DNA of 64,000 bases from an uncultured Actinomycetes bacterium (GTDB lineage Bacteria > Actinomycetota > Thermoleophilia > Solirubrobacterales > Solirubrobacteraceae): the NCBI GenBank assembly GCA_963789015.1, contig CAWBIU010000001.1, positions 1,203,989-1,267,988 of the forward strand, given 5' to 3'. The notes under the pieces are model-generated. The model was not told the DNA's origin and did not search any database. It saw only the letters and a program-made list of their open reading frames with translations. Below are positions 19,133 to 27,665 of the stretch, in pieces. The number at the start of each line of letters is the position of its first letter. Within the stretch, counting starts at the first letter, position 1. The position numbers and the translations under genes were made by a program.

Positions 19133-19699
19133 ATGTCGGAGGCGGTGGACGCGCTCGCGCGCGAGCTGCGGATGCACCATGCGCCGACCGCCGATCACAG
19201 CCATCGCCTCGCGAGCCTCGCCCGCGAGGTGGCCGACCTGCTCGGCCTCGGGCCGATGGACGCCACCGAGGTCGAGCTCGTGGCCGTCCTGCACGACGTC
19301 GGCAAGCTGACGATCGCCCCCGATCTGCTCGACTGGGAGGGCCCGCTCGACGACGAGCAGCGTGCCCGCCTGCGGCGCCACACCATCGCCGGCGAGGAGC
19401 TGCTGGCCGAGATCGCCGGGCTCGAGCACCTCGCCGCGGTCGTGCGCGCGACGCACGAGGCGTGGGACGGCAGCGGCTACCCGGACGGCCTGGAGGGCGA
19501 CGCGATCCCGCTCACGGCGCGGATCGTCACGGTCGCCGACTCGTTCGACGCGATGACCAGCGACCGCGCCTACCGCATGGCCCTGTCGCACCGCGAGGCG
19601 TGCCGGCGGGTGCGTCGCGGGGCCGGCGGGCAGTTCGACCCGCACGTCGTCGACGCGCTGCTGCACGTCGTCGGCTACCCGCTGCGCACGCGCTCGTAG
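19133..19699 (+). CDS. Stand-alone HD-GYP domain protein (putative c-di-GMP phosphodiesterase)
   Basis: LHDVGK, HT..G, HEAWDGSGYPDGL and FDAMTSDRAY motifs. About 188 aa with no sensor or receiver domain. Confidence 0.8.
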   Translation: MSEAVDALARELRMHHAPTADHSHRLASLAREVADLLGLGPMDATEVELVAVLHDVGKLTIAPDLLDWEGPLDDEQRARLRRHTIAGEELLAEIAGLEHLAAVVRATHEAWDGSGYPDGLEGDAIPLTARIVTVADSFDAMTSDRAYRMALSHREACRRVRRGAGGQFDPHVVDALLHVVGYPLRTRS

Positions 19700-19708
19700 A
19701 GTGGACGT

Positions 19709-20578
19709 GTGCCCGAGCTGCCCGAGGTCGAGATCACCGCACGCCGACTGGATGCGGCGATGCGCGGCGCGGTCATCGAGTCGGCGCTCGCGCCGGGGAT
19801 CAACGCGCTGAAGACGTTCGACCCGCCGTTGCACGCGCTCGAGGGCGCGGCGATCGCGGGAGTCCGGCGGCGTGGCAAGCACCTCGTCATCGACGTCGCC
19901 GGCGACCTGTCGGTGCTCGTGCACCTGATGTCCGCCGGCCGCCTGCAGCTCTTCGACAAGCGCGCCTCGCTGCGCGATCGCACGTCGCGGCTGCTCCTGC
20001 GGCTCGCGCCGCGCGCGGGGGAGGAGGGCGAGCGCGAGCTGCGCCTGCGCGAGTTCGGCACGAAGCAGGCGGCGTGGGTCAAGGTGCTGCGCAGTCCCGA
20101 GCTCGAGGACGAGGACGCGCTGGCCACGCTCGGCCCCGAGGCGTGGCCGGACCCGCCGCCGCTGGGCGAGCTGCTCGCCGAGCAGGGCGCGCGGCCGCTG
20201 CACGCGGTGCTGCGCGACCAGCGCGTGATCTCGGGCATCGGGCGCTCGTGGGTCGACGAGATCCTGTGGACGGCGATGCTGTCGCCGTTCAAGCGCGGCG
20301 ACGATCTCGACGACGACGAGGCCGAGGCGCTGCGCACGGCGGTCGTGGCCTGCCTGGACGGCGCGATCGAGCACTACGAGCGCGTCGTGCAGCTGCCGAT
20401 TCCGGACAAGCTGCCGATGCCGCTGCAGGTGCACCGCCACCAGGGCGAGCCGTGCCCGCGCTGCGGCGCGACGCTCGAGGCCGTCCACTACGAGGACTAC
20501 GTGATGTCCTACTGCCCCCAGGAGCAGACGGGGGGCCGCGTGCTCAAGGACCGCCGGCTCTCGCGCCTGCTCAAGTAG
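19709..20578 (+). CDS. mutM: Formamidopyrimidine-DNA glycosylase / endonuclease VIII family (Fpg/Nei)
   Basis: N-terminal PELPEVE, H2TH region and C-terminal zinc finger CPRCG...YCPQEQ. Confidence 0.88.
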   Translation: MPELPEVEITARRLDAAMRGAVIESALAPGINALKTFDPPLHALEGAAIAGVRRRGKHLVIDVAGDLSVLVHLMSAGRLQLFDKRASLRDRTSRLLLRLAPRAGEEGERELRLREFGTKQAAWVKVLRSPELEDEDALATLGPEAWPDPPPLGELLAEQGARPLHAVLRDQRVISGIGRSWVDEILWTAMLSPFKRGDDLDDDEAEALRTAVVACLDGAIEHYERVVQLPIPDKLPMPLQVHRHQGEPCPRCGATLEAVHYEDYVMSYCPQEQTGGRVLKDRRLSRLLK

Positions 20579-20585
20579 CGCGGGC

Positions 20586-21416
20586 GTGCCGCTCGACGCA
20601 CTGGCCCTCGCCCTCGCCGCCGCGCTCCTGCACGCGCTCTGGAACATGCTCACGGCGCGGGCCGACGGGTCGCACGCCGCGCTCGCCGTGGCCATGGTGG
20701 CGGGCGCGATCGCGTGCGCGCCGGTCGCGCTGCTGGACTGGGACGTCGACGGCGACGTGCTGCCCTACCTCGCCGGCTCGGTCGTCTTCGAGCTCGGCTA
20801 CCTGACGCTGCTGGCGATGGCGTACGAGCGCGCGCCGATGAGCGTCGTCTACCCCGTGGCCCGCGGCGGCGCGCCGGTGATCGTCCTCGTGGTCAGCGTC
20901 GTCGCGCTCGGCGCGTCCCTGGCGTTCGGCGCGGCGGCCGGGGTGCTCGCCGTGGCCGCGGGCGTGCTCCTCGTGCGCGCCGGCGGCGACGAGCGCGACG
21001 CTGGGCGGGGAGCGCGCCTCGGGCTCGCCGTCGCGGCGTTCATCGCGGGCTACACGCTCATCGACCACGCCGGCCTCGAGCACGCCGCGCCGCTGGCCTA
21101 CCTCGAGCTCGTGCTCGCGCCGACGGCGCTGCTCTTCCTCGCGGGCGTCGTCGTCTTCCAGGGGGCGGGTGCGGTCCGCGCGGCGATCGGGCCGTCCGCG
21201 GTCGTCGCCGGGGTGGGGATCTTCGCCGCCTACGGGCTGGCGCTGCTCGCACTCGCGCGCGCCCCGGCCGCGCCGGTCGCCGCGGTGCGCGAGTCGAGCG
21301 TCGTCATCGCCACCGCGCTCGCCGCGATCGTCCTCGGCGAGCCGGTCGACCGGCGCCGCTGGGCCGGCGCCGTGCTCGTCGTAGCGGGCATCGGCGCGAT
21401 CGCGCTCGCGGGGTGA
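20586..21416 (+). CDS. EamA/DMT-family transporter
   Basis: 276-aa ORF, about 10 TM segments, two EamA-like halves. Confidence 0.75.
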   Translation: MPLDALALALAAALLHALWNMLTARADGSHAALAVAMVAGAIACAPVALLDWDVDGDVLPYLAGSVVFELGYLTLLAMAYERAPMSVVYPVARGGAPVIVLVVSVVALGASLAFGAAAGVLAVAAGVLLVRAGGDERDAGRGARLGLAVAAFIAGYTLIDHAGLEHAAPLAYLELVLAPTALLFLAGVVVFQGAGAVRAAIGPSAVVAGVGIFAAYGLALLALARAPAAPVAAVRESSVVIATALAAIVLGEPVDRRRWAGAVLVVAGIGAIALAG

Positions 21417-21477
21417 CGGCGAGCCTCGTTAGGCAGCGCCAGGACACGTCGTCCTACAGGAGCCCGGAGTGCCCAGT

Positions 21478-21742
21478 GTGATCCGTGTCTCGATCGACAA
21501 CGGACCGCCCGTCGACATCCGCTCGGACCGGAAGCTCGGCGTCTCCCGCACGTGACGGTCAGCCTCCCCCATCCGAACATCCTCGGTGTGCCGACGACGC
21601 CGGCGACGACCTTCGTCGCGGCCGGGTGGATGCGATGAACCGGCCGCTGCCGCCGGGAAGGCACACCATCGGCGTCGTGACCGTCACCAACGGCATGTCG
21701 TCCGTCAGCGCAGTGATCGTGGAGGTCGTGCCCGGCGCTTGA
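21478..21742 (+). pseudogene. Fragmented small beta-sandwich-like ORF read through three frames (25 + 28 + 35 codons linked by GTGA and ATGA overlaps)
   Basis: All three segments have high GC3: VIRVSIDNGPPVDIRSDRKLGVSRT / VTVSLPHPNILGVPTTPATTFVAAGWMR / MNRPLPPGRHTIGVVTVTNGMSSVSAVIVEVVPGA. GGAG lies 8 nt before GTG 21478. Confidence 0.4.
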
Positions 21743-22198
21743 AGGGGCCGCCCGACGAGATCAGGTGAAGCGGAGTCTCGGACGTCCGGCCCTGGTGCGG
21801 GCAGCCGGCGCGCCCACTGGACGGTTCATCAAATCGTTCTCAGGCGAGGAAGGTTCGGCGAACGCGCCTCCCCGCCAGTGCGCGACCGCCATGTCCTCGA
21901 ACAGCGACCGGCTGAGCATCGCGCAGCACGGCCATAGCCACCAGAGCAAGGTGGATGATCGCGCGGGGGGAATGGGTGCTGGAGAGCTTCCGCGCGCTGC
22001 TCAACGCGTCCGCGGCATGACCGCCCCCGGACCACGTCCTCTCCCGCAGCGACCTGACCACCGCCGTGCTGCCGGCCCGCGGCGAGCCGTGGCCGGACAT
22101 CGTCGCGTTGGCCGCGACGTTCGACGGCTGCGCGACCGTCCCGCCGTATCCGGATGGAGCCGTTCCTGGACGCCGCCGCCTTCACCTGACTGACGCCG

Positions 22199-22933
22199 TC
22201 ACCCACGAGCCACGCCACCGCCGGCGGAGTACTCTCCGCTCACCTTCCCCGTCGGCGCGGGTCGCCTGCATGGCTTCTCGCTTGGAGGGCAGGGAGGTGG
22301 CCTCGTCCCGGCTGAAACGACCGTGACCGTGCGGTGGGCGACCAGGTCGCGGACGGTCACGATGCCCGTTCTCACGCGCGTCACCGTTCGAGCGCACCCG
22401 TTGACCGTCGTCCACTCCGTTCCCTTCGAGGCGGCAATGCTGTATCGGCCGGCCACCCGCACCTTGTGACGGGAGCTGGCCCGCACGCTCACATACAGGC
22501 GATCCGGAGGGGGCGGCCGACGCACGCCCGACGCCCTGGTTTCCTCGCAGGGCCTCGACCGAAGGGCGAGCACGGTGCTGGCGCGCGCGGCGGATTGGCG
22601 CAGCGTGAAGACCGCGTTCGAGGCGACCGTAACGGCGGTTCCGCCCCGCCGCAGGGCAGTGGTGAGCTGGACCTCGCCTTGGCGGGTGTCGAGCCGGCTG
22701 CCAAGCGGGATGCGTCGAGCCGAGGTGAGCGGCGTGAACTCGGTGAAGCCAGGCAGGCGCACCAGCACCTGGCCGTCGAGAGGCGTCGCGTTCGCCGTGT
22801 GCCCCGGCGTGGGAGGCGGGAGCCGCACCGCCGCATCGGCCGGCCAGGGACCAAGGAAAACAAGGGCCGCGGCGAGCACGGTCGCTATTGACGCGCAGAC
22901 GCGGGACAGGATCGAGCACTGGGAGCTGCTCAC
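22199..22933 (-). CDS. Secreted hypothetical protein
   Basis: Signal-like N-terminus IATVLAAALVFLGPWPADA. Beta-rich repeats (GEVQLTT..., GTEWTTVNGCARTVTRVRTGIVTVRD). The C-terminal about 45 aa look non-native. Confidence 0.5.
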   Translation of the reverse strand: MSSSQCSILSRVCASIATVLAAALVFLGPWPADAAVRLPPPTPGHTANATPLDGQVLVRLPGFTEFTPLTSARRIPLGSRLDTRQGEVQLTTALRRGGTAVTVASNAVFTLRQSAARASTVLALRSRPCEETRASGVRRPPPPDRLYVSVRASSRHKVRVAGRYSIAASKGTEWTTVNGCARTVTRVRTGIVTVRDLVAHRTVTVVSAGTRPPPCPPSEKPCRRPAPTGKVSGEYSAGGGVARG

Positions 22934-23138
22934 CGGTCTTCTCCGTCCCGCGACCCTCTCACCACAACTCGGCGATTACAAGCGCGCCTAATCGAGCCGC
23001 CGAGCATCGGCGCCTCCGGCCCATACCCGCCGAGCACGTGGTAGACGACGGCCCGGGAGGTCTTCGTCGCGCCGCCTCCGCGGCGAATCTGAGGAGGTCG
23101 ACCCGTCGAAGCCCCGACCGGTCCGTAGGCTTCGGGCA

Positions 23139-23614
23139 ATGATCGACGTAGGCACCCCCGCACCCGACTTCGAGCTTTCCAACCAGGACGGCGAGCCCGT
23201 CCGCCTGTCCGACCTGCCGCGGCGGACCGGTCGTACTGTATTTCTACCCGCAAGGCCGACACGCCCGGATGCACGACGCAGGCGTGCGGCGTGCGCGACC
23301 ACCAGGCCGACTACGCGGCCGCCGGCGCCACCGTGCTCGGCGTCTCGCCCGACCCGGTCTCGGCGATCAAGAAGTTCCACGGCGGCCAGGGGCTGAACTT
23401 CACGCTGCTGGCCGACGAGGACCACGCGGTCGCCGACCAGTACGGCGCCTGGGGCGAGAAGTCCATGTACGGCAAGAAGTACATGGGCGTGAACCGGATG
23501 ACGTACATCATCGACGCCGACGGCACCATCGCCCACGTCGTGCCCAAGGCGTCGCCGAAGACGCACGACGACGTCGTCCTCAAGGCGCTGGCCGAGCTGC
23601 GGGCGGCCGCCTGA
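23139..23614 (+). pseudogene. bcp: Thiol peroxidase Bcp (peroxiredoxin), two single-base insertions at 23217 and 23251
   Basis: The sequence reads MIDVGTPAPDFELSNQDGEPVRLSDL / [11 protein letters not shown] / [21 protein letters not shown]... Skipping one C at each site restores the canonical YFYPKxDTPGCT active site. Confidence 0.85.
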
Positions 23615-23621
23615 CGCGACC

Positions 23622-24320
23622 GTGGTGAGCGCCGCCACCCTCCGGCTGCTGGACTCGGCCGCGGCGGCGGCGCTCGAGCCGCTCGGGCTCGTGCGCCTGC
23701 AGGGCTCGAGCACGTGGGTCGACGACCACGGCTGGTGGGTGCTCGGCGTCGACTTCGAGACGCTCGGCGCCGACCGCGGCACGCGGCTCGTGCTGTTCGC
23801 CGACTTCCTGTGGCACGAGCGCGGCCATCTCGTGCGCAGCGTCTCGGCGCGCGTGCGCGAGCGCGGCCGCCTGCTCGACCAGGACGGCCGCGAGATCGAG
23901 TGCGCCGAGCGCGCGGAGCCCGAGGTCCGCGACGTCGCCGGCAGGCTCGCCGACCGCGCGGTGACCGAGCTCACCTCGTGGCGCGAGGGCTTCCCGACGC
24001 TGCGCGCCTGGGCCGCCTACCTCGACGCGTCGGCCGAGGAGGGCGGGCTGTGGCGGGAGTTCGACGCCGCCGTCGCGGCCGCGCTGGAGGGCGATCCCGA
24101 GCGCGCGCGGCGCTGGTTCGGCAGCGTGCTCGACCGCCCGATCCGCCCGCTGCTGTACCCCGACCACGACGCCGACTCGATCGTGCAGGCGCAGCGCGCG
24201 GCGCGCCGCCTGACCGCCGAGCTCGACACCCCCGCCGTGTTCCACGCGACGCTGTGCGAGCGCGCGGCGGCGATGCGGGCGCGGGTCGGGCTGGCGCCGC
24301 GCGAGCCGGACGCCCACTAG
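23622..24320 (+). CDS. Hypothetical protein
   Basis: 232-aa ORF with a GTG start and high GC3. No recognisable motif. Confidence 0.5.
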   Translation: MVSAATLRLLDSAAAAALEPLGLVRLQGSSTWVDDHGWWVLGVDFETLGADRGTRLVLFADFLWHERGHLVRSVSARVRERGRLLDQDGREIECAERAEPEVRDVAGRLADRAVTELTSWREGFPTLRAWAAYLDASAEEGGLWREFDAAVAAALEGDPERARRWFGSVLDRPIRPLLYPDHDADSIVQAQRAARRLTAELDTPAVFHATLCERAAAMRARVGLAPREPDAH

Positions 24321-25060
24321 CCGGGCCGGCGCGCCGCGAACGCGACGTGGCCGCGGCCCAGGCGCATCCGCCCCCAGCCGCGCAGGAGCTGCGCCTCGAA
24401 CCCGGCCCGCACGAGCGCCGCGGTCAGCTCGTCGGGGTCGTGCAGGTACATCGTGTGGACCTCGTCGCTGCGCCGCCACGCGCCCTCGGCGTCCTGGCGG
24501 AACAGCGCGATGCGGCGGGTGAGGCGGCGCTCGCCCCGGTCCTCGGCCGCCTCGACGCACAGCAGCCAGCCCTCGCCCTCGCGCCACGTCCGGCGCGGGC
24601 GGCGGCTCGCGCGGCCGGCCACGGCGACGTCGAAGAGCAGCAGCCCGCCGGGCGCCAGCGCGGCGTGGATGCGCTCGAGCAGCGCCGCGGTGGACTCCGC
24701 TCCGGTGCGCGCGTCGAAGGCGTAGCCGAGCACCTCGCCGATCGCCGTGACCGCGACGCACGGCGGCAGCCCGGCGTCGAGCAACGGGCCCTGCTCGAAG
24801 CGCGCGCCAGGCGCGCGCCGGCGGGCGATCTCGAGCAGGTCGCCGGACAGGTCGACGCCGTGCACGCCGTAGCCGGCGGCGACGAGGAACTCGGCCCAGA
24901 TCCCGCTGCCGCAGCCGAGGTCGACGACGAGCCCGTCGCGGATCCCGGCGTCGTCGAGATGGCCCAGCAGCCCGGGCGCCGCCCCACGGGCGAAGTCGCC
25001 GAAGCCCGCGTCCTGGACGAGGGCCAGGTCGCCGCGGTAGCCGCCCTCGGGGCCGGTCAT
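24317..25060 (-). CDS. Class I SAM-dependent methyltransferase
   Basis: VVDLGCGSGIW motif I. 247 aa. Its ATG overlaps the DUF3037 stop (ATGA). Confidence 0.85.
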   Translation of the reverse strand: MTGPEGGYRGDLALVQDAGFGDFARGAAPGLLGHLDDAGIRDGLVVDLGCGSGIWAEFLVAAGYGVHGVDLSGDLLEIARRRAPGARFEQGPLLDAGLPPCVAVTAIGEVLGYAFDARTGAESTAALLERIHAALAPGGLLLFDVAVAGRASRRPRRTWREGEGWLLCVEAAEDRGERRLTRRIALFRQDAEGAWRRSDEVHTMYLHDPDELTAALVRAGFEAQLLRGWGRMRLGRGHVAFAARRPG

Positions 25061-25455
25061 CCGGGCGGCGCGACGAGCTCGGCGAAGAGGTGGTCGAGCG
25101 TCGCCTGCGGGTCGTCGGACATGCCCGTGTGGACGGCCGACGGCTGGACGATCGTGCTCGACGGGGCCACGAGCCAGCCGAAGCGCTCCGACTGCTCCAA
25201 CGCCGCGACCGCCCCGCCCGCGGCGTCGCCCGCGGCGATCCGCTCGAGCGCCTCGAGGTGCGGGCGCACCGTCGACGGGTCGAGCCCGGGCGCCAGCGCG
25301 GCGAGCCGCGCCTCGTCGAGCGCAACGCGCGCGGCCAGGAAGCGGCGGCGCCGGCAGAAGAGCACGACCCCCGCGTTCATCTGCTCGCCGCGCTCGACGC
25401 GCGGCACGACGCGCAGGATCGCGTAGGCGAACGGCTCGGCGTCAGCGGGCGGCAT
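25057..25455 (-). CDS. DUF3037 domain protein
   Basis: The N-terminus FAYAILRVVPRVERGEQMNAGVVLF matches my recollection of the DUF3037 signature. 132 aa. Confidence 0.7.
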   Translation of the reverse strand: MPPADAEPFAYAILRVVPRVERGEQMNAGVVLFCRRRRFLAARVALDEARLAALAPGLDPSTVRPHLEALERIAAGDAAGGAVAALEQSERFGWLVAPSSTIVQPSAVHTGMSDDPQATLDHLFAELVAPPG

Positions 25456-26236
25456 CGGCCTCCTCGGCGAACGCGCGCGGGCCCTCGAGGCGGCGCAGCA
25501 GGTACTCGACGTACGCGCGCCGGCCGCCGTCGTCGGCGCCCGGCCCGAGCCAGTCGCCGGGGATCGCCGCGACCGCGGCCTCGACGACGGCGGGGGTCAC
25601 GCGCGGGGCGAGCCGCGCGTCGGCCTCGGCGATCGACGACGCGTAGGGCAGCAGGACGTGCTCGCGGATCAGCGGGAACGGGCGCCGGGCGAGCGCGGCG
25701 AGGTCGTCGGCGCCGTGCTGCAGGTACAGGGCGGCGCCGTGGTCGATGAGCCACAGGCGGCCGTGCCACCAGAGCAGGTTGGGGTTGCGCGGGGTGCGGT
25801 CGACGTTCGTCATCAGCGCGTCGAACCACACGACGTCGGCTGCGAGGTCGGCGTCGGGCGCCGCCGCGCCGGGCACGAAGGCCAGCGCGCCGGGCAGGAA
25901 GTCCAGGCCGAGGTTGCGCCCCGCGCTGCCCGCGATGAGCTCCTGGATCTCCGGGTCGGGCTCGGCGTGCCCGAGCTCCGGGTCGACGTCGATGAGCACG
26001 ATCTCGGGGACGAGCAGGCCGAGCGCACGGCCGATCTCGCCGGCCACCAGCTCGGCCACGAGCGCCCGCGGGCCCTGGCCGGCGCCGCGGAACTTGAGCA
26101 CGTACAGGCCGTCGTCGTCGGCCTCGACGAGGCCGGGCATCGAGCCGCCCTCGCGCAGCGGGGTGACGTAGCGCGTCGCCGTCACCGCCCGCGGCGCCGT
26201 AGAGGTGGGCGAGCCGTTGCTCACCTCCGCGACCAT
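25442..26236 (-). CDS. HipA-like serine/threonine kinase family protein
   Basis: C-terminal 264 codons of the 570-aa ORF (ATG 26236; alternative GTG 26185). Motifs REGGSMPGLVEADD, YVLKFRGAGQG, NVDRTPRNPNLL and LIDHGAAL. Confidence 0.7.
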   Translation of the reverse strand: MVAEVSNGSPTSTAPRAVTATRYVTPLREGGSMPGLVEADDDGLYVLKFRGAGQGPRALVAELVAGEIGRALGLLVPEIVLIDVDPELGHAEPDPEIQELIAGSAGRNLGLDFLPGALAFVPGAAAPDADLAADVVWFDALMTNVDRTPRNPNLLWWHGRLWLIDHGAALYLQHGADDLAALARRPFPLIREHVLLPYASSIAEADARLAPRVTPAVVEAAVAAIPGDWLGPGADDGGRRAYVEYLLRRLEGPRAFAEEADAAR

Positions 26237-26248
26237 ACTTCGACCGCG

Positions 26249-27217
26249 ATGCTGCACGTGACCAACGGGGACAGCGCCGAGTCGAGCATCAGGGCCGCCG
26301 GCGTCGACGGCGAGATCATGTCGTGGCAGGACGTCCTGCACGAGGGGCCGCTGCCCGCCGGCCTCGACGCCGACGGGCTGCGCGCCGAGCGCGCGCACTT
26401 CCTGGCCGCGTGCGGGTGGGGAACGGCGGACGAGATCGAGACGCGGCTGCGGGCGCGCGACGAGCGGCTGGCGGCCGCCGTGCGCGACGGCGAGGAGATC
26501 GTGCTGTGGTTCGAGCACGACCTCTTCGACCAGCTGCAGCTCATCCAGATCGTCGACAGGCTCGACGGCGCGTCCGCCGTCGAGACCGTGCTCACCGACC
26601 GCCACCTGACGAACATCGACCCGGCCTGGCTGGCGCAGCTCTTCTCCCGGCGTGATCCGCTCGATCCCGCGCAGGTCACGCTCGCCCGCCATGCCTGGGA
26701 GGCCGTGCGCGCTCCGGATCCCTCGGCGATCGAGGTGCTGCTGGCCATCCACACGGCGGCGCTCCCGCACCTGGGGCCGGCCCTGCGCCGCCTGCTCGAG
26801 GAGCTGCCGGCCACCGGCGACGGCCTCTCGCGCACCGAGCGCCAGGCCCTCGCCGCGCTGGCCGGCGGGGCGGCGACGCCGGTCGCCGTCCTCGAGGCGT
26901 GCGCGCGCGCAGAGGAGGCCGCGTTCCTCGGCGACACCTGGCTGTGGCGGCGGTTGGCCGAGCTGGCGTCCGGCGACCGGCCGCTCGTCCGGGGCCGCGA
27001 CGGAGCACAGGTCGGCCCACCGCCCCCGGTGTCCTCGGACGACGGCTTCGCGCGCACCGAGCTCGAGCTCACCGACGTCGGCCGGTCGGTGCTGGCCGGC
27101 GAGGCCGACCGCGCGCTGCTCGTCCCGCTCGATCGCTGGGTCGGCGGCATCCACGTGCAGGGGCCGCGACCGGCGTGGCGCTGGGACCGTGCCGCCGGCC
27201 GCGCCGTGCCCGGCTGA
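26249..27217 (+). CDS. DUF1835 (plus DUF3658-like C-terminus) protein
   Basis: ATG 26249. MLHVTNGDSAESSIRAAG and IVLWFEHDLFDQLQLIQI are typical of DUF1835. Confidence 0.65.
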   Translation: MLHVTNGDSAESSIRAAGVDGEIMSWQDVLHEGPLPAGLDADGLRAERAHFLAACGWGTADEIETRLRARDERLAAAVRDGEEIVLWFEHDLFDQLQLIQIVDRLDGASAVETVLTDRHLTNIDPAWLAQLFSRRDPLDPAQVTLARHAWEAVRAPDPSAIEVLLAIHTAALPHLGPALRRLLEELPATGDGLSRTERQALAALAGGAATPVAVLEACARAEEAAFLGDTWLWRRLAELASGDRPLVRGRDGAQVGPPPPVSSDDGFARTELELTDVGRSVLAGEADRALLVPLDRWVGGIHVQGPRPAWRWDRAAGRAVPG

Positions 27218-27300
27218 GCCGTGTCGATCTCGCCCGATCCCGTTCGTGTAGAGGGTGAAGGCCGGCAGCGGGCCGGCCGCCGACAGCGAAGGAGCCCACC

Positions 27301-27654
27301 ATGGCCCAGTACCTGCTCAGCGTGATGCAGCCCACCGGCGGGACCCTGCCCCCGGACGACCTCGAGCCGATCATGCGCGACCTCAACGCGCTGAACGACG
27401 AGCTGCGCGCGGCCGGGTCGTGGGTCTTCGCCGGCGGCCTGCACGCGCCCGACACGGCGACCGTCGTGCGCGCGCAGGACGGCGAGGTGCTGACCACCGA
27501 CGGGCCGTTCGCGGAGGCCAAGGAGTACCTCGGCGGCATCTCGATCATCGAAGCCGCCGACCTCGACGAGGCCCTGCGGTGGGCCGGCCGCCTCGCGCAG
27601 GCGACGACGCTGCCGATCGAGGTGCGCCCGTTCGACCACGGCACCGGGCGCTGA
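27301..27654 (+). CDS. YciI/DGPF-family protein
   Basis: 117 aa with GAAGGAG upstream. [14 protein letters not shown] motif. Confidence 0.85.
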   Translation: MAQYLLSVMQPTGGTLPPDDLEPIMRDLNALNDELRAAGSWVFAGGLHAPDTATVVRAQDGEVLTTDGPFAEAKEYLGGISIIEAADLDEALRWAGRLAQATTLPIEVRPFDHGTGR

Positions 27655-27665
27655 CCGCCGGAGCC

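Noticed and set aside
21765-22218. ORFs 21765..22193 (+), 21829..22218 (-) and 21840..22100 (-), considered as genes.
   Set aside because: They overlap one another and have Arg/Gly/Pro-rich or otherwise non-native composition. They have no motifs and no start context. I treated them as part of the decayed region instead.
27222-27246. A possible ECF-type autoregulated promoter (TGTCGA ... CGTTCG) upstream of the YciI-sigma pair.
   Set aside because: The spacer is about 13 nt, shorter than typical ECF -35/-10 spacing. The motif identity is weak and cannot be supported from sequence alone.
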